This document shows positions 13,191-27,098 of a DNA stretch of 64,000 nt, in pieces. Positions within the stretch are counted from its first letter, which is position 1. Each line of letters begins with the position of its first letter. The notes beneath the pieces were generated by a model that made no database searches, was not told the origin of the DNA, and saw only the letters and a list, made by a program, of their open reading frames with translations. Both the position numbers and the translations under genes were made by a program. The stretch is taken from contig JAHRHZ010000022.1 of assembly GCA_024137785.1 (NCBI GenBank), forward strand, positions 22,984,977 through 23,048,976. Direction: 5' to 3'. Source of the stretch: Ginglymostoma cirratum. Taxonomy: Eukaryota.

Positions 13191-14269
13191 ATGCAAAAAT
13201 TACTCTACAATTGTTAATCATGCAGTTTGCATCAAATCTTTAGTTATATTAGCTGTTGATGTCCTTTCTGACATCACTGGCACTAAAACAAGGAACAAAA
13301 ATAGAATAAAATTGCTGTCTTCGTAATTCTACAGGGAAAAATTGGATTCATTCACGACAGCAATTTCAGAGAGTTATGAAGCACTCAAATCTGCCTTATT
13401 TAACCCATTGTGTCATCTGAGCCCTCCTGAACCTTCCACTCTGAAATTACTTATGACCCATAGTTCTCTTTGTTGTGCTTCAACTGCATGTCCCCTCCCA
13501 CAGGACTGCAATCACTCGCAGAATGCAAAGACTGAACCACGGTGGATTATACAAATCAAAACTCCACAACCCAATTCTATTTTCTGTTGAATTTAGTGCA
13601 TTATGAGTAACACAGAACTGAACAGCCAACCTATAACCTGTAATAAAGCCCCTGATCCTCTTGTTAAGCTGTTAAACCTGCACTTAATGAACTCAAAACT
13701 GCAAAGGGAAGCTTATTCTACTGCAAAGCACAAAAGTCTCTAGTGCTCTGATTGACTCAGTAAGGTGTGGGAGATCAGATGTGCCCTCAGGGCATTGTTA
13801 GTTTGTGCCTGCCATTGCCAAGCAGTCTGTATTTTGTTCATAGAAAGAACTATTTATCGAAGAATCCGTCTGCCTCTATGGTTATATTGCAGTTGTGATT
13901 TGTTTCATGGGAACTGGTTTCAACATTCCCTTCCCCCTGCAGCTATTAATACAATTTCCACAATTCTTTACTGATATTAACCCACTTCTGGGGACCCCTT
14001 TGCAACTATTGATAGGCTCCCTAAGATACTAGCATATTTCTAAGGGCCCCCGTCTTCATAAGGCAATCGGTGCAGAAAACATTTTTCGATTAGTATTATA
14101 GGAACAGGTTTCTACCTCTTCTTCTCAGGCAGTCCCTCTGGATTGAGAATAATCTGATGTCACTCTGGTTTGAAGATTTCTGAGATTTGAATAAAGGAGT
14201 GATCTTCAGATGCTGCCTCATGAGGAACTGGTAGTGCTCATAAGGTCATGTAGTTGAGTTATTCAGAAT

Positions 14270-14680
14270 CAGGCGAAGGCCAATCAGCCCTTGACCTCGT
14301 TCTGCCATTTAATTACATCATGTTGATCTTTATCATAATTCCATTTCAAATTGCATTGCTTTGGTTCCCTATTCCTTAACACCCTGACAAAACCAAACAG
14401 TGTCAATCTCACATTTTGAAATTTTCAATAAATCCCAAGCTTTTGGGGCAGCGAGCATTAGGTTTCTGTGAGTCTTTCTGTGAAGAAGTGTTTGTTAAAG
14501 TCATCCCCGAATGGCTTAATTCTAATTTTGTAGTTATTTTTCCTGGTTCTGCATTCCCCCATAAGAGGAAATAGTTTCTATTGATTATACCAGCTCTCGT
14601 AATTGGCATAAACCCTTCATTTAGATCACCCCTTAACCTTCTTTACTCAAAGGAATACAAACCTAGTACGTACTACATGT
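14270..14680 (-). mobile_element. Old CR1 LINE 3' fragment
   Basis: Antisense CR1 3' end (ggccaatcagccc, ttagatcaccccttaacctt). Confidence 0.65.
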
Positions 14681-15939
14681 ACAATTGGCAGAATCTAAAA
14701 TTGTTAGATGGAATTACAAAGCTGTTACATAATCACATGGTGGCTTAGTGGATTCCTGAGCTTCAGGGTCTCAAATTTAAAATCCCATGGTCCACAATTT
14801 TGACTTAAAGTGAGTAACATTGTTAAACAGCACGGAAAGGAATTTAACACAAACACGTTGACCAGTGAACTGAAAACCCCAAATGTTTTACGATATTGAG
14901 ATGACTGAGGTAATTTGTACATTTATTGAAGGTTTTAATAAAACTATTAGCTTAATAATAGGTTGAATTAAATTTCCCAGTTCATGTCCAAAAGCATTCC
15001 ATTTGGGTTCAAAATTGATAACTAGAGTTGAATATGAAGCTTAGCTCAGTGAATGAGGTTAATCGCTAATTCTTTCAGAAATTCCTGAACAAGAATTAAT
15101 CAATGCTCCAAGCACTATGACTTTTTTTTGCAGAAGCTCAAATTAGCAAATGTAAAAAAAATTAATCTTGATTCCAAAACACTGGCTCCCACTCCTATCC
15201 TATTTAAAAGACTATAACAAATACAGTGAAAATAATTACTTGTGCAATTTTCTTATCTGTCATGAAAATGACTTGTTTCTGAAAGATGACACAGATAGAT
15301 AAACAAGGCAAATTGAGGTTCTTATCTCAGGAATTAATGCCCTTTTAGTGTTATAGTTCATAATTGTTTAGGTTAGAAAGGGATTGAACTGTTAATAGTT
15401 GTCTTTTTCCAGCGGGGAGAAGTGTGGTACCTTTCTGATCAGTGGCACCAAATTGTGAAAATGTTCTTAAGAGCATGTTTCCAATTTCATTGCATCAGGT
15501 GCACAAAGAAAATCTCTCCAAACGTGGTTTGCTTCAGATTTAACCCATTGTTCTTACCTCTCAACATTGAAGAGAAATAATGATTTTAGGGCATGACTGT
15601 ACACAAATCTTTGTAAAGCTTCAGTGATCTATCCAATCTAGCTGCGTCATAGGTGCCAGATTCAAACCACACTTGGCGGCTCACATTCTGGGAATGAGTG
15701 GAATGTCAGATGTGGCCTATGGAGAGAAAGGTAACCATCTTCATCGCTGACAGGCAGCCCTTACTGAAACTGTACATGGGCGGTCACTGTCTGAGGAATG
15801 GCCTGGCCTTCCACGTTCTCAATGTGAAGAAATAAACTATCACTTTGCTAAGATTAACTGTAAATGGAGTTGACTTAGGTAAGCACTCTTTTTAAATAAG
15901 ACATAAATTTTCTTTTAATATGTATGTTCTGTCTGTAGA

Positions 15940-16415
15940 TTAGTTTGTAACTTTCTGGCTTCTAAGTCAAAGGTTGTGGGTTCCAGTTCTACACAAAAGG
16001 TTTGAGGACAATGTCCTGTCTGACTCTTCTGTTTAGTACTGATAAGAGTCTCAATCTGAGGAGACATTATTCAATTCCTGTTGCAATAATGCATAGCATC
16101 CCCTTAACCTTCTTCTGTTCCATACCTGCAAACTATAAACATAAACTCTGTTTGCCCTTTCATTGGGCATAACATGTCTTACACAATTCCTTTTAAAAAT
16201 GCAATTGTTTATACCAGGTGTCCTGGCTAAAACTTATCCTACAATCAACATCACTAAAACAGATCATCTCATCCTTATCACATTGCTAGAATCATGCCAA
16301 ATGCAGCTTGGCTCTTGTGTTTCCTACACTGTAACAGTGACTGCACCTCAATAGTACTTCATTGACTGACTTGGGATGTCCAGAAATTATGAAAGGTATT
16401 ATATCAATGCAGCTT
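15940..16415 (+). mobile_element. SacSINE1-like DeuSINE
   Basis: Head (ggttgtgggttccagttc) and tail (aacatcactaaaacagat...gaaaggtattatatcaatgc). Confidence 0.6.
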
Positions 16416-16563
16416 TTCAATTAAGGGCAGCCTGTTGATGTACTGTAGTTGGATTTCCAGAAGGCATTTGACAAAAGATTATTGCACATTGGAGTATATG
16501 GGGTAACTTACTAGAATGACTAAGTTAGCTGGCTGACAGAAAACAGAACTTATGTATAAATGG

Positions 16564-16765
16564 AGATAACAAGGTGTGGAGTTGGAAGAACACAGCAGGC
16601 CAAGCAGCATTGTAGGAGCAGGAAAGCTTGACGTTTCGGGCCTAGGCCCTTCATCAGAAAATGTCAAGCTTTCCTGCTCCTACGATGCTGCTTGGCCTGC
16701 TGTGTTCATCCAGCTTCACACCTTGTTATCTCAGATTCTCCAGCATCTGCATTTCCTTTTATCTC
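16564..16765. mobile_element. Fold-back Penelope-like element, family A
   Basis: Inverted arms; 13-bp TSD tatgtataaatgg at 16551-16563 and 16766-16778. Confidence 0.9.
16630..16657 (-). ncRNA. Minimal type-I hammerhead ribozyme motif
   Basis: Minus strand reads CUGAUGA A GGGC CUAG GCCC GAAAC GUC, an intact core. Confidence 0.75.
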
Positions 16766-18639
16766 TATGTATAAATGGGCCTGTTTCAGATTGCCAACAT
16801 GTGACAAATGGCATCTCGCACAGGTATGTGTTGGGGTACCAACTTTTCATAATTTACATCAATGACTTAGATGATGGAGGCTAAATTTCCAGGTAGCACA
16901 AGGATACGTAGAAAAGTATATTGTGAAGATGACATAACAAAAATGCACAGTGATATTGTGAGGTAAGTGGGCAGATGAAGTATACTGTGGGAGAGTATTA
17001 AGTTCACTTTGGCAGGAAGAAGAAAAATGTGGAGAATTACTTTGGTGGTGATCAACTACAGAAGGATGTGGGCTTTCTAGTGCATGAGTCACAGAAGGAT
17101 AGTTTGGCAGGTATAACATATAATAGGAAAGGACACTGGGATGCTAGTCCTTACTACAACAGGAAGTGAACATAAAAGCAGGATGTCATACTGCAGGTAT
17201 ACAGGGAATTGATGAGACCACATCTCTAATACAGTGCACAGTTTCAGTCTCATTTATGGAAGGATATAAATACGTTGGATGTGGATCAGATGAGTTATTA
17301 TCACTGGATTGATACCTGGAATGATTGGGTTGTTTTATGAGGAAAGATTGAGCAGGTTGGATTTGTTTTCACTTGACTCCATAAGAGCAAGGGGTGATGT
17401 GTTGCAAGATTGTAAGATCCTGCGTGGTCTTGACAAGGTGGACATGAAAAGGTTTACTCTTGTGGCTGAAATCCAGAAAAAAAGGGACACTTTTAAAATT
17501 AGAGGTCACACTTTTAGGACAGAACTCGCTGCTGCAGAGGGTAGTGGAGGTGGAGTCATTAAATATTTTCAAGAAGGTGGACAAATTCTTGTTAGGTGGA
17601 GGAGTCAAAGGTGTTTGGGGGTAGATGGGAATGTGGGATTTGTAACACAAACAGGTCAATTGTGATATCATTGAATGATGGAACCTGCTTAAAGGGTCAG
17701 TTGCCTACCACTGCTCCTAATTCATCTGCTTGAATGTTCATATAATAACTTACAGGAATTTTTTATTTTCAGAAGATCTCTCAATTGTGCATAAAATTTG
17801 ATGAATTAATCCCTACACTTCAAAAATTATTTTAGGCAATGATTTCAGCACTGTGGTTACTCTGTATATTTATATATAGGTTCCTTATGGAAGAACTTTG
17901 AGCTTAGTTAATTTCACTCACATTTTCAGTGTTCAAGAGCTTTTGTGAAAGTTTCCATGGAGACGTCCTTTGCAAAATCAGTTGTCACAATTGAACAGCT
18001 GTCTTTTCAAATTGAAAATGTCATTCAGTCTACTTTTCATAACAGTGCAATTTGAAAAGGAGGATGTCAGGATGGGCCGTGGTAAAGAAAGTGGTTTTAT
18101 GAGGTGACCCCTGAATTTGATAAGAATACCATTAATAATAAAACAATAGCAAAGTCCACCATCATGAGCTGACATAGCAGGGCCTTATTAACCACACACA
18201 GGAAAAGGACCAACTTGCCTCATTCTAGTTAATATAGTAATGCATTTAAAACACTGTCAACAATATGGTCAATTACCCACTGCTTCTTTTTATTTGTTGA
18301 CCTGTGGTCTTATGTATCTATATATAGCCTTAGTAAACACATGAATATACTTTTTTAAAAAATCAGGTAATCTACTTATTGTCGTGTGGATATGTTTTGT
18401 TTGTCCTTAAGTACCTCATACATTGTAATCATAACTAAATTAAAGACTAATCACTTCAATGCTCAATAGAAAGAAGGACAGAAAGATCATCAAAACAAGA
18501 TGGAGGAAGGAAACAAAGTAAATTGAGCTTTCTATTGCTTTCTGCACGCCCTTTATGTAGCATTGAAGGAAGCAAACAAATGGGACGGATGATTTGAAAA
18601 ATGGAAAGAGGCACAGCTAGATCACTAGAGTGAGATATA

Positions 18640-18985
18640 GAACAGTGGTTAGCACTGCTGCCTCACAGTGCCAGGGACCTGGGTTCGATTCCAGCCTCAG
18701 GCAACTGTATGTGTAGGGTTTGCATATTCTGCCTGTGTCTGCATGGGTTTCCACCAGGTGCTCAGGTTTCCACCCACTGTCCAAAGATGAGCAGCTTAGG
18801 TGGATTGGCCATGCTAAATTGCTCATAGTGTGCAGGGATGTGCAGGCAGGGTGAATTAGCCATGGGAAATGCAGGATTACAGCGATAGGTAGGGGTTGGG
18901 TTCTGGGTGGGATGCTCTTCAGGAGGTCAGTATGGACTTGATGGGCTGAATGGTCTGCTTCCACACTCTAGGGATTCTATGATTC
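18640..18985 (+). mobile_element. HE1-type V-SINE
   Basis: A/B boxes, V-domain and gggattctatgattc tail. Confidence 0.9.
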
Positions 18986-19654
18986 AAAACAAAGAACAGG
19001 ACAAGATGAACAAGCCCAAGAAGAAAGCATGAATTGTTGCCTGGATGGATGCCAGTAGACTCCATTTCCATGCAAACCAAACTCATAATGCTTTGTCCCA
19101 TTCAGATGCCAGCATCGTCCTCTACTTCAAATGTTTATTCACTTGCTCTTTAAAAGATGCTATTGTCTCAACTGTACTCTGTGACAAAGCATTCCATGCT
19201 ATAACAACTGTCTGGATAAAGAAAAGTCTAATCTCTCCAAACATCTATCCTCACTGTCTTAGGTATGCCTTTAAAATGATGGACCTTGTTGCTGACTCTG
19301 AACCAGATGGAAGAATCTTTTCCTATTCTCTCGTTATAGTTTATCAAACATACAATTAGATTCTTCTCGGCCTTTGGAGCGATGCAAGCTGGCCTATTAT
19401 CTCAAATTTCTCCCCTCTGACTATTTCATTTGTATGAATTTAACAGCCTTTCTATAAACAGGACAACCAAACTACACATGGTCGTCAAAACATGGGCTTC
19501 ACCATTAGACACTTTTAACAAGTCTTAAGATTTGGTTACTCCTGGCATCACCAAAATCATGTAAAGAACCTGTAGTAACTTTTTTTTTGCAGTTGCTTAT
19601 AACAACTGTTTTAAGAAAAGAAAGCAAGCAAGAAAGAATGACTTCCATTTCTTG

Positions 19655-19847
19655 GATAGTAGAAACTGCTGATGCTGGAGAATTTGAGACAACAAGATGT
19701 AGAGCTGGATGAACAGAGCAGGCCAAGCAGCATCAGAGGAGCAGGAAAGCTGACAGTTTGGGTCTGGACCCTTCTTCAGAAATGCTTTCCTGCTCCTCTG
19801 ATGCTGCTTGGCCTGCTGTGTTCATCCAGCTCCACACCTCGTTATCT
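19655..19847. mobile_element. Fold-back Penelope-like element, family A (decayed hammerhead on minus strand)
   Basis: Inverted arms; TSD cttcca(t/c)ttcttg at 19642-19654 and 19848-19860. Confidence 0.85.
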
Positions 19848-19849
19848 CT

Positions 19850-20410
19850 TCCACTTCTTGAGTGCTTTTCACATCCTGATAACACTCCACTGCTTCATAG
19901 CCAATGAAGTATTGATTAAATATGGCCATTATTATAGGAAATGTAGTCTGACTGCTACAACAAGGTTCTACACACAGCAATGTGAACGTGACTAGATAAT
20001 CTGTTTTAGTGATATTGGTTGAGCGTAAATATTGACCGGGATACTGGGAGAACTAAAAACAAAGAAATGCGGAAGCTGGAAATCAGAATCAAAAACAGAA
20101 ATTGCTGGAGAAACTCAGCGGGTCTGGCAGCATCTGTGGAGAGAAAGCAGAGTTAATGTTTTAGATCCAGTGATCTATGAGTCCTGAAGTGACCTTTCTT
20201 CAGAACTTATATTAATTCTGAAGAAGGGCCACTTGAACTCAAAACATTAATTCTGTTTCTCTCTCTACAGATGCTGCCAGACCTGCCGAGTTTCTCCAGC
20301 AATTTCGGTTTTTGTTTTTGTACTGGAAGAACTACCCTGCTTTTCTTTGAAATTGAGATATAGGTCTTTTTTAATGTTCACCCAATAGAGCTTAGTTTAA
20401 CATCTCATTC
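19850..20410 (-). mobile_element. SacSINE1-like DeuSINE carrying a PLE insertion
   Basis: Antisense SacSINE1-like tail and core on both sides of 20056-20320. Confidence 0.7.
20056..20320. mobile_element. Fold-back Penelope-like element, family B
   Basis: Inverted arms (gctggagaaactc.gc.ggtctggcagcatctgt); TSD tactgg(g/a)agaacta at 20042-20055 and 20321-20334; decayed hammerhead at about 20218-20248. Confidence 0.85.
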
Positions 20411-20573
20411 AAAGTCTTAAAGGACCATTGGCTTGTCCACCAAGAAAAGGAAGAAGTTACATTTCAATATTGTGCCTTTCAGAACCACAGGCGATACTAA
20501 AATGTCTTTCAACCAGCGAAGTACTTTTTAAAGTGTAGTCCCTGTTGTAATATAGGAAACAAGACAGGCAACT

Positions 20574-20922
20574 GGGGCAGCACAGTGGCTCATTGGTCAG
20601 CAATGCTGTCTCACAGCGCCAAGGACTCAGGTTCAATTCCAGCCTCGGGCGACTGTCTGTGTGGAGTTTGCACATTCTCCCTGTGTCTGCGTGGGTTTCC
20701 TCCGGGTGCTATGGTTTCCTTCCACAGTCCAAAGATGTGCAGGTTATGTGGATTGGCCATGCTAAATTCCCCACAGTGTGCAGGCTAGCTAGATTAGCCA
20801 TTGGAAATGGAGGATTATGGGGATAGGGTAGGGGTGTGGGTCTGGATGGGATGCTCTTTGGAAGTTCAGTGTGGACTTGATGGGCCAAATGGCCTGTTTC
20901 TACACTGTAAGGAATCTATGAA
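20574..20922 (+). mobile_element. HE1-type V-SINE
   Basis: Full-length head, V-domain and CR1-like tail; sits inside a minus-strand SacSINE1-like tail. Confidence 0.9.
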
Positions 20923-20989
20923 TTTGTGTCCAGAATGACTCCACAAAGCGTAGTGATGTAATGACAGTGATGTTATTCAAAGATGAGTC

Positions 20990-21930
20990 ATGAGACATAC
21001 CTTTGACAATGACAGAACATGCACAAAGTTTGCCAGACAGGATTAAGAAGCAGTGTCAGATGAGGATTGTAAGAGTTTGGAATCCAACCATGGATTTCAT
21101 CAAGGATCATCACTGAACCTTTTCCTTTGTCACAGGTATTCTCAGTGAGACAAGAAGTGACATGATCACTTCAACATGATGTTCACAAAAGACATTGAGC
21201 TGTGTGGTAGGGACAATGAAAACATGACTGAATCTCTGGAGAAACTGGAACCGGAAGACATGGGGTTGAACATTTAACCAAAGACCCAATAAATGGTTTG
21301 TCAGTTTGGAGATTGGGGAAGAGGATTGGAGCGTAAGTAAAAAGATTATGGGAGAAGAATTGCAGAAAGTGAGTTATTTCAAGTAGCTCGGGTCAGTGAC
21401 AGTAGAAGATAGACATATGGAAAAGGAAATTAAGCAAAGAATTGGTTCTGATTGCAGTAACTGCAAGATGTGCAGTGGAGTGTTATGTGAAAGCAAAGTG
21501 GCACTGAAATTGAAAGGGAGGATCTGTAACTCAATTATAGACCAGCCTTGCTGCATTGAACAGAAATTTAGGCAACATCAAGTAGAGAGGGTTAATGACT
21601 GGATGAGATGCAGACACTGAGATGGATATCTGGATTTACGACAAAAGGACATGATCAGGAATTGATAAATCAGGGCATCAATGAGGTTTTCGGAAGCATC
21701 AAAGAAAGCAACCAGGAAGAGATGTGACCATCTGTTGCAGAGCGATAGAGAATATTTGGTGAGACGGGTGATGCTGTTAGATCTGCCAGGAAAATGGGAA
21801 GCAGAAAATCTACATTCAGGTAAAAAGTTGTAGTGATGAGAGAGTTAAATGCAGTGGAATGACTGACAGGAAGAGTTGGTGAAGATGATTAACCAGCATT
21901 GTAACAACTCCAAATAAAATGGAAGAAGTC
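20990..21930 (+). mobile_element. RTE-clade LINE RT remnant
   Basis: Decayed MMF(A)DDI, FK*LGS and EKEIKQRI...CSGVLCESKVALKLKGRI, matching the RTE pattern SGVLCD.RVP.KLKGK.Y. Confidence 0.8.
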
Positions 21931-24900
21931 AAAATAAGAACAAGTTATTTGAGACATTACAACTTTCTCAATTTTCTTTGAAAATACTGCCATGAATTCT
22001 TTATCCACATCTAGCTTAACACCTCCATTACCCCTGACATTGCAGAACTCTGCTGGAATCAATGGCCTAGATTTTGTTTTCAAGTCTCTGGAGTGAGAAT
22101 CAAAACCATAACATTCTTGTTAAGAGGCAATGAGTATCGTGCACAGAGCTGAGACTGATTCCAATACTAGAGGGTCAAAAATGCACTAGGGATCTTTGCA
22201 TGGTTCAGGGAACCCCTATTTCCAAGTATGGATGCAGAATTTCAGTGGGAGAGATTCCTGGTCAACCAAGGGTTGGTAAAAAAAAAACACAGTTGGAGCC
22301 TTTACCATCATGACCAATATCTCCAGAATTCAACATTCATGCAGAAGAAAGTGATTGTTGCCATTGTAACTTGGTCTTCCTGAGTAAACTGCAACACATC
22401 ATCAGGTTCAGGAAGGGCACCTAAACAGGGGTGCCTAGTGGAACCAAGTGAGCAGTGGATATTTCTTATGTTTTTGTTTTCTTTAAAGCCTAACAGTTGA
22501 GTTGCAATGACAGTTAAATCATTCCTAGTATTTTTGCCAATAAACATGTGAGTGATAGTCAACAGTACAATTCGGGAAACAATAATATGGTTTATCCGTA
22601 AAAGAATTGCTAATTTGAGATGAACTTGTATTTCGGGGATAATAGTGAAACACATGGGAGAAAGGAATTGAAACCTAATAGCCTTCTATGCGGAATGGTA
22701 AGAGGAACCTCAAAGGGAACAAATTGGCATAGAGCAATTGGGCCAACTGGCCTGTTCCTTTGCTGCATATTCTATGTAATTATGTTGTACAGATCAATGC
22801 AATATTAATTATCTTGATCCCAAGTTGATTGAGTAAAAAGGATTCTATGTACCTTTGTTTTGATTCCAATTAGAAGTCATTCCTCTGTCTCATTAAGAAT
22901 AATATTGGCTTTGAAAGCAATTTGTTTGATAAGAGCTGCCTGGGGTTTGTCACTTGAAAAGTAGGTCATGTCTTCCAGTTGGTCATGTTCGCATACTGAT
23001 TTTCACAGCATAGTGCCACCAGTGAAATGAATTGCCAACTCTTATCAAGATTACCAATGAGAAAGATTGCTGAGAGGGTGCCAAAATGGAGTAAAATGCT
23101 ATGTTATTATCTCTGCCCAAAGCAGCCCACACTTTAGGCATAATGCAGTGTCAGCACAGTTCTCAACTTGTGCAGATGACAGCACAAACTTGCCATTTAT
23201 TGGGCTATGTTACTGAAGTTTTGTTAAAGCCTGATGCCAGAGCTGAGTTGAGTGAGCTTTCTTTTGAAGCTGTCTGTACAGTGCCAGCACTTGAGTACTG
23301 GTCTTAAGTGTCCAATAGGCCATTCAGCCCCTTGATTGAATTAGATCATCTGCACCTCAGCATCATTGGTCTACCTTTCTTACATTCCTGTTAATCCATT
23401 GACCAACAAGGGTCTACTCATCTCAATCCGGAGACTTCCAATTGATCCCTAACAGCTGATGCTCATTTTTGGGAAAAGAGTTCCAGATTTCCATTTGTAG
23501 GGAAAAGTGCTTCCTACTTTGTGGCAGTTAAATTATCCACCTTGTTCACCAGATGAAATCATTGCTCAATAAAATAGACTAAAGCAGAGGGTGACAGATG
23601 GCAAGTGCACCTCCTGAAAACCAAAATGGCTGCTTTCCAATTCTTGAAATTCTTACTGTAAATGCCAACTTGTTGTCAGCCAATGTTGTTGTTTGTTTTT
23701 ACTGCTGAGCATTTTCTCCCTGAATGAAAAAGGGACAAATAAAATATCAATATTCAGATCAAAGACCAGGAAGAAATTGTTAACTCTTAAGAGCAAGAAC
23801 CATGTAGGTCAGGAGGAGATTTGTAAATACCAGTGGAGAAGAAAAGAGTGTACAAGTTGTGCAGAACAACTCAGAGTGAGATGTCACGAAATGTGATTGC
23901 AGGTCATTCAATCCAGTGTGTTTGTGCTGTCTTATTGAAACAGCTATCCAATTAGTTCTGCTGCCCTGCGCTTTCACCACAGTCCCAAATCTTTTCCATT
24001 TTTTTCTTTTTCAACTGTACAACTAATTCACTTTTGAAAGTTACTGTTGAATCTGCTACCTCTGCACTTTCAGGCAGTTAAAACTTCTTTCTGCTCCGTG
24101 GGACTAGAGAATGCTCCAGGCATCTTAGAGAGGAAAAACGGATCTTCCCTGTTGAGAATCACTAGTGGAAGGAACAATTTGCCATCTGGAATCTTGGGAA
24201 AAAGTCATAAAAGGAGGGAGACTACTGCAATGATAAAAACTGCACCTTCTTATTTTCTCGCAAGCGGCACAGAAAATGTTGCCATGTATTGATGGAAATG
24301 AGACTCAGCCTAACTCCCTAAAGAATAAAATACTGACATTGAATCATACTATGGTTCATTTCAGTTTCTGTGGTCTGTTTATTGCTCACTTCATTATTAG
24401 GAGGCAGATAAAAGAAAATTGTGACGTCTCCCAATAGACTTAACAATATCGGCATAGAGCCCTACTCATTCATTGCAACTCAATTTGTTTCTTCAAACAA
24501 CCCAATTTGTGTACAAATCCCAGAGCTAATTCTTTAAGACCTATGGTGGGTGTCACTGTACAGAAAGACTCACAACTGCTACATTCTCTGTTGATTAAAA
24601 GGTTTTATGTAATTGCTGCTGGCCTCATGCCAAAAGGCCACTTGAAGATGTATTCTCTTTAAAAGGCCACTATTTTATTAGCCATGAAACATGCTGCTGG
24701 AATAAAGCAGTCATAACAGAGAAGGTGTGAAGCCATTTTATCTCACTTAGGGTCTTGGCAAGTTTTCAGCTCCTCCATAAAAGTGAAAGATTAATCAAAC
24801 ATGGCATGTGAATTCTACCCTTCTGACCCCAAGCTCTGACTGCCCTTTGTCTTGTTCATTCGATATTCCTTTTCAGTCTCCGCAAATGAGAGGGTGATAA

Positions 24901-25199
24901 TTTTTTGCTGAAAAAGCAGAGGTTTCAAACCAGGCATATGCCACATTAACTCAGAGCTGAGAATCATTTGCAAAACACTTGAATAAATAATTACAAGCAG
25001 GATCAAATGAATTGAATTAATGAATTTTAATTAAATTTCAACAAATAATACCAATTAAATTATACCATCTAAGTATCAAAGTTAATATAAATCAACTCTG
25101 AAACATCATTGATGACAATTAAAACAAAACAAACCTTTTTTTAAAGCTCCCTTGATGACTAATTAGGTAACTGCACTGCCCTGGATAGAAATTAAGTTG

Positions 25200-25375
25200 T
25201 ATCAGCCTGGAAGGTCCCACACTTGATCCCTGGTGTAGACTGATTTAGCTGATCTCCTTCAGGGTGGTAATAAGGTGCCATTATAATTGGCACTGCAACC
25301 CTGAACCAGGGAAGGGAAAAATAGACAAAGTTTCCACTCCTAATCCATGCTGGAGAAGGTGTGTGTGGGTGTGTT
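25200..25375 (+). mobile_element. Old tRNA-derived SINE remnant
   Basis: B-box-like cttgatccc followed by ttagctgatctc...gggaagggaaaaat; family recalled from memory, not verified. Confidence 0.4.
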
Positions 25376-26816
25376 ATGTATCTGTGCTTGCGTCAATTTA
25401 TAAATTATTTCTCTGACAAGAAATTTCTGATCGCCACAAAGTGCTGCTGCTGGAAAACTGAATATACATTTAAAAGAAACTGATTAATAGTAATTAGTTC
25501 ATTAGGGTTAACCGGTACCCGTAAGTATAACTCAATTAGTTTATAAGACAACTGAGGCCCTGCATTTCGTTTCCACTTTAAAGTCACCATACCCTGAATA
25601 CTGTTTCCATTTCCACTCATTTGGACACCAAAGGAGTAGGTTGTGCAGAAAAGATGGATGATGCTGAACTCTAGCATCAGCAAACTAAGGCAAAACTTAT
25701 TGAATGTGAGCCTTTTAATCATGCAACGAGGTGACTGAATGGGCACCCAAGAGATATTTAGAACAGCTGGTATGGGTGATAGTCTGCTAGAATTGTTAGA
25801 ATCATATTGTTCAGACATTATGGAGCTCACCTGATATTCATTTCCTTGATGTACTCTATGTAAAATCGTGACGGAGACAATGTCTTCATGTTAGCATTTC
25901 TATTGTATCTGTGTACAAGATTTAAGCAGAAAGGTCAGATTTATATAGAAACGCATGATATCTACAACATAGAACCAGGCTACTTGGCCAAGTAATCAAT
26001 GCCCTAATTAAGCTTCACTCCATCCTGCCTTCATTTATTTCTTTTGCATTTATCTAGCTTCACCTGAAATTCACAAAGGCTGTTCACCATAGCCATTTCT
26101 TGCCTTTAAAAAGTTTCACATTGTCAGTGCTCTCTGGCTTTGAAATTGTACCATGGGATCTTTTACATCACCTGCCAGAGCAAACAGGATTCATTTGGAA
26201 TCCTCTTCCGGATCTGAGAGATACATATAGATATGCAAATATGATCTTGTGGGACAGCTTGACACTGGAATTCGACCAAAGAGATAAACACATAGAAATC
26301 TGGAGGACATCTCAGCAATTCTAACACAGATAACTGCTTGGCCTGCCCTGTGGTAACTAGTTAAAGTGACATTCTTTTCTTTATTGCTCATCTATTTTTA
26401 GATTATAACATGACAGGAAAAATCGATCATGCACCTGAACTAACCCTATGGATTTTTTTTGAGATATATTAGCTGGCTCTGAATGGTGTTTCACGTAGCA
26501 AGCCTGAGAACATACAGCCTTATAAGAACTGGATATTATAGAGTGCTATGTATTATCTTAGTACAAAAGAGCAACTATATTTAACTGCCTGTGCTTTAAA
26601 GCAACATGGTCAAAATTAGTCATCATATGCACAATTGAAGGCCAGGTGAAAATTAGCTGTTTTAAACACCAGGATAACTGGAGCTTCATGACTACCTACC
26701 CACATTAACCATTCCTATCTCTCCTCTCACACACAATTATGTAATCTGCTAGGAAGAGTCACATCCAAAGTCTCATTTCAGGATGATTGAATTTATATTT
26801 GAGTCAATGTGTCTTT

Positions 26817-27098
26817 TGTTGTTTTACTGCCAGATCGCAGAAAGGCACTATACCTTTAAGGCAACAAGATAAACTCATCACATGTGACGGTCTAGGATAC
26901 ACGGTGTCTGTCTTGATCTCTGTTTGTTCAGTCAGCAGTTAAACAAGTGGCCAGTTAATATGTATGTACGTATACACGTACCAATTAAGCATGTAACCCA
27001 GATTGTATACCACAAGTCTGAGATGTCATGTTAGATTGTCAATAAACTTTCAGATATCAGTCTCAAAAAGAACACGATTTTCTGTGAAATATGTTACA
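26817..27098 (+). repeat. 5' LTR of Gypsy element 1
   Basis: TG...CA ends, internal AATAAA, TGG (PBS-like) at 27099; first 55 bp align to 36941 onward (cagatc.cagaaag.cactatacctttaag). Confidence 0.75.

Larger units (their letters stand above)
16420..17740 (+). mobile_element. CR1 LINE RT and 3' end, decayed, carrying a PLE insertion
   Basis: DFQKAFDK, LFIIYINDLD and YEERLSRL motifs, followed by the CR1 3' UTR. Confidence 0.9.

Noticed and set aside
16564-16765. Reading the palindromes as MITEs, pre-miRNAs or terminators
   Set aside because: Long variable TSDs (12-15 bp), unequal arms, variable inversion points and the GIY-YIG-linked copy at 40613-41173 point to Penelope-like retroelements.
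25405-25830. 141-aa minus-strand ORF
   Set aside because: No recognisable domain or exon signals; length is compatible with chance in 64 kb.
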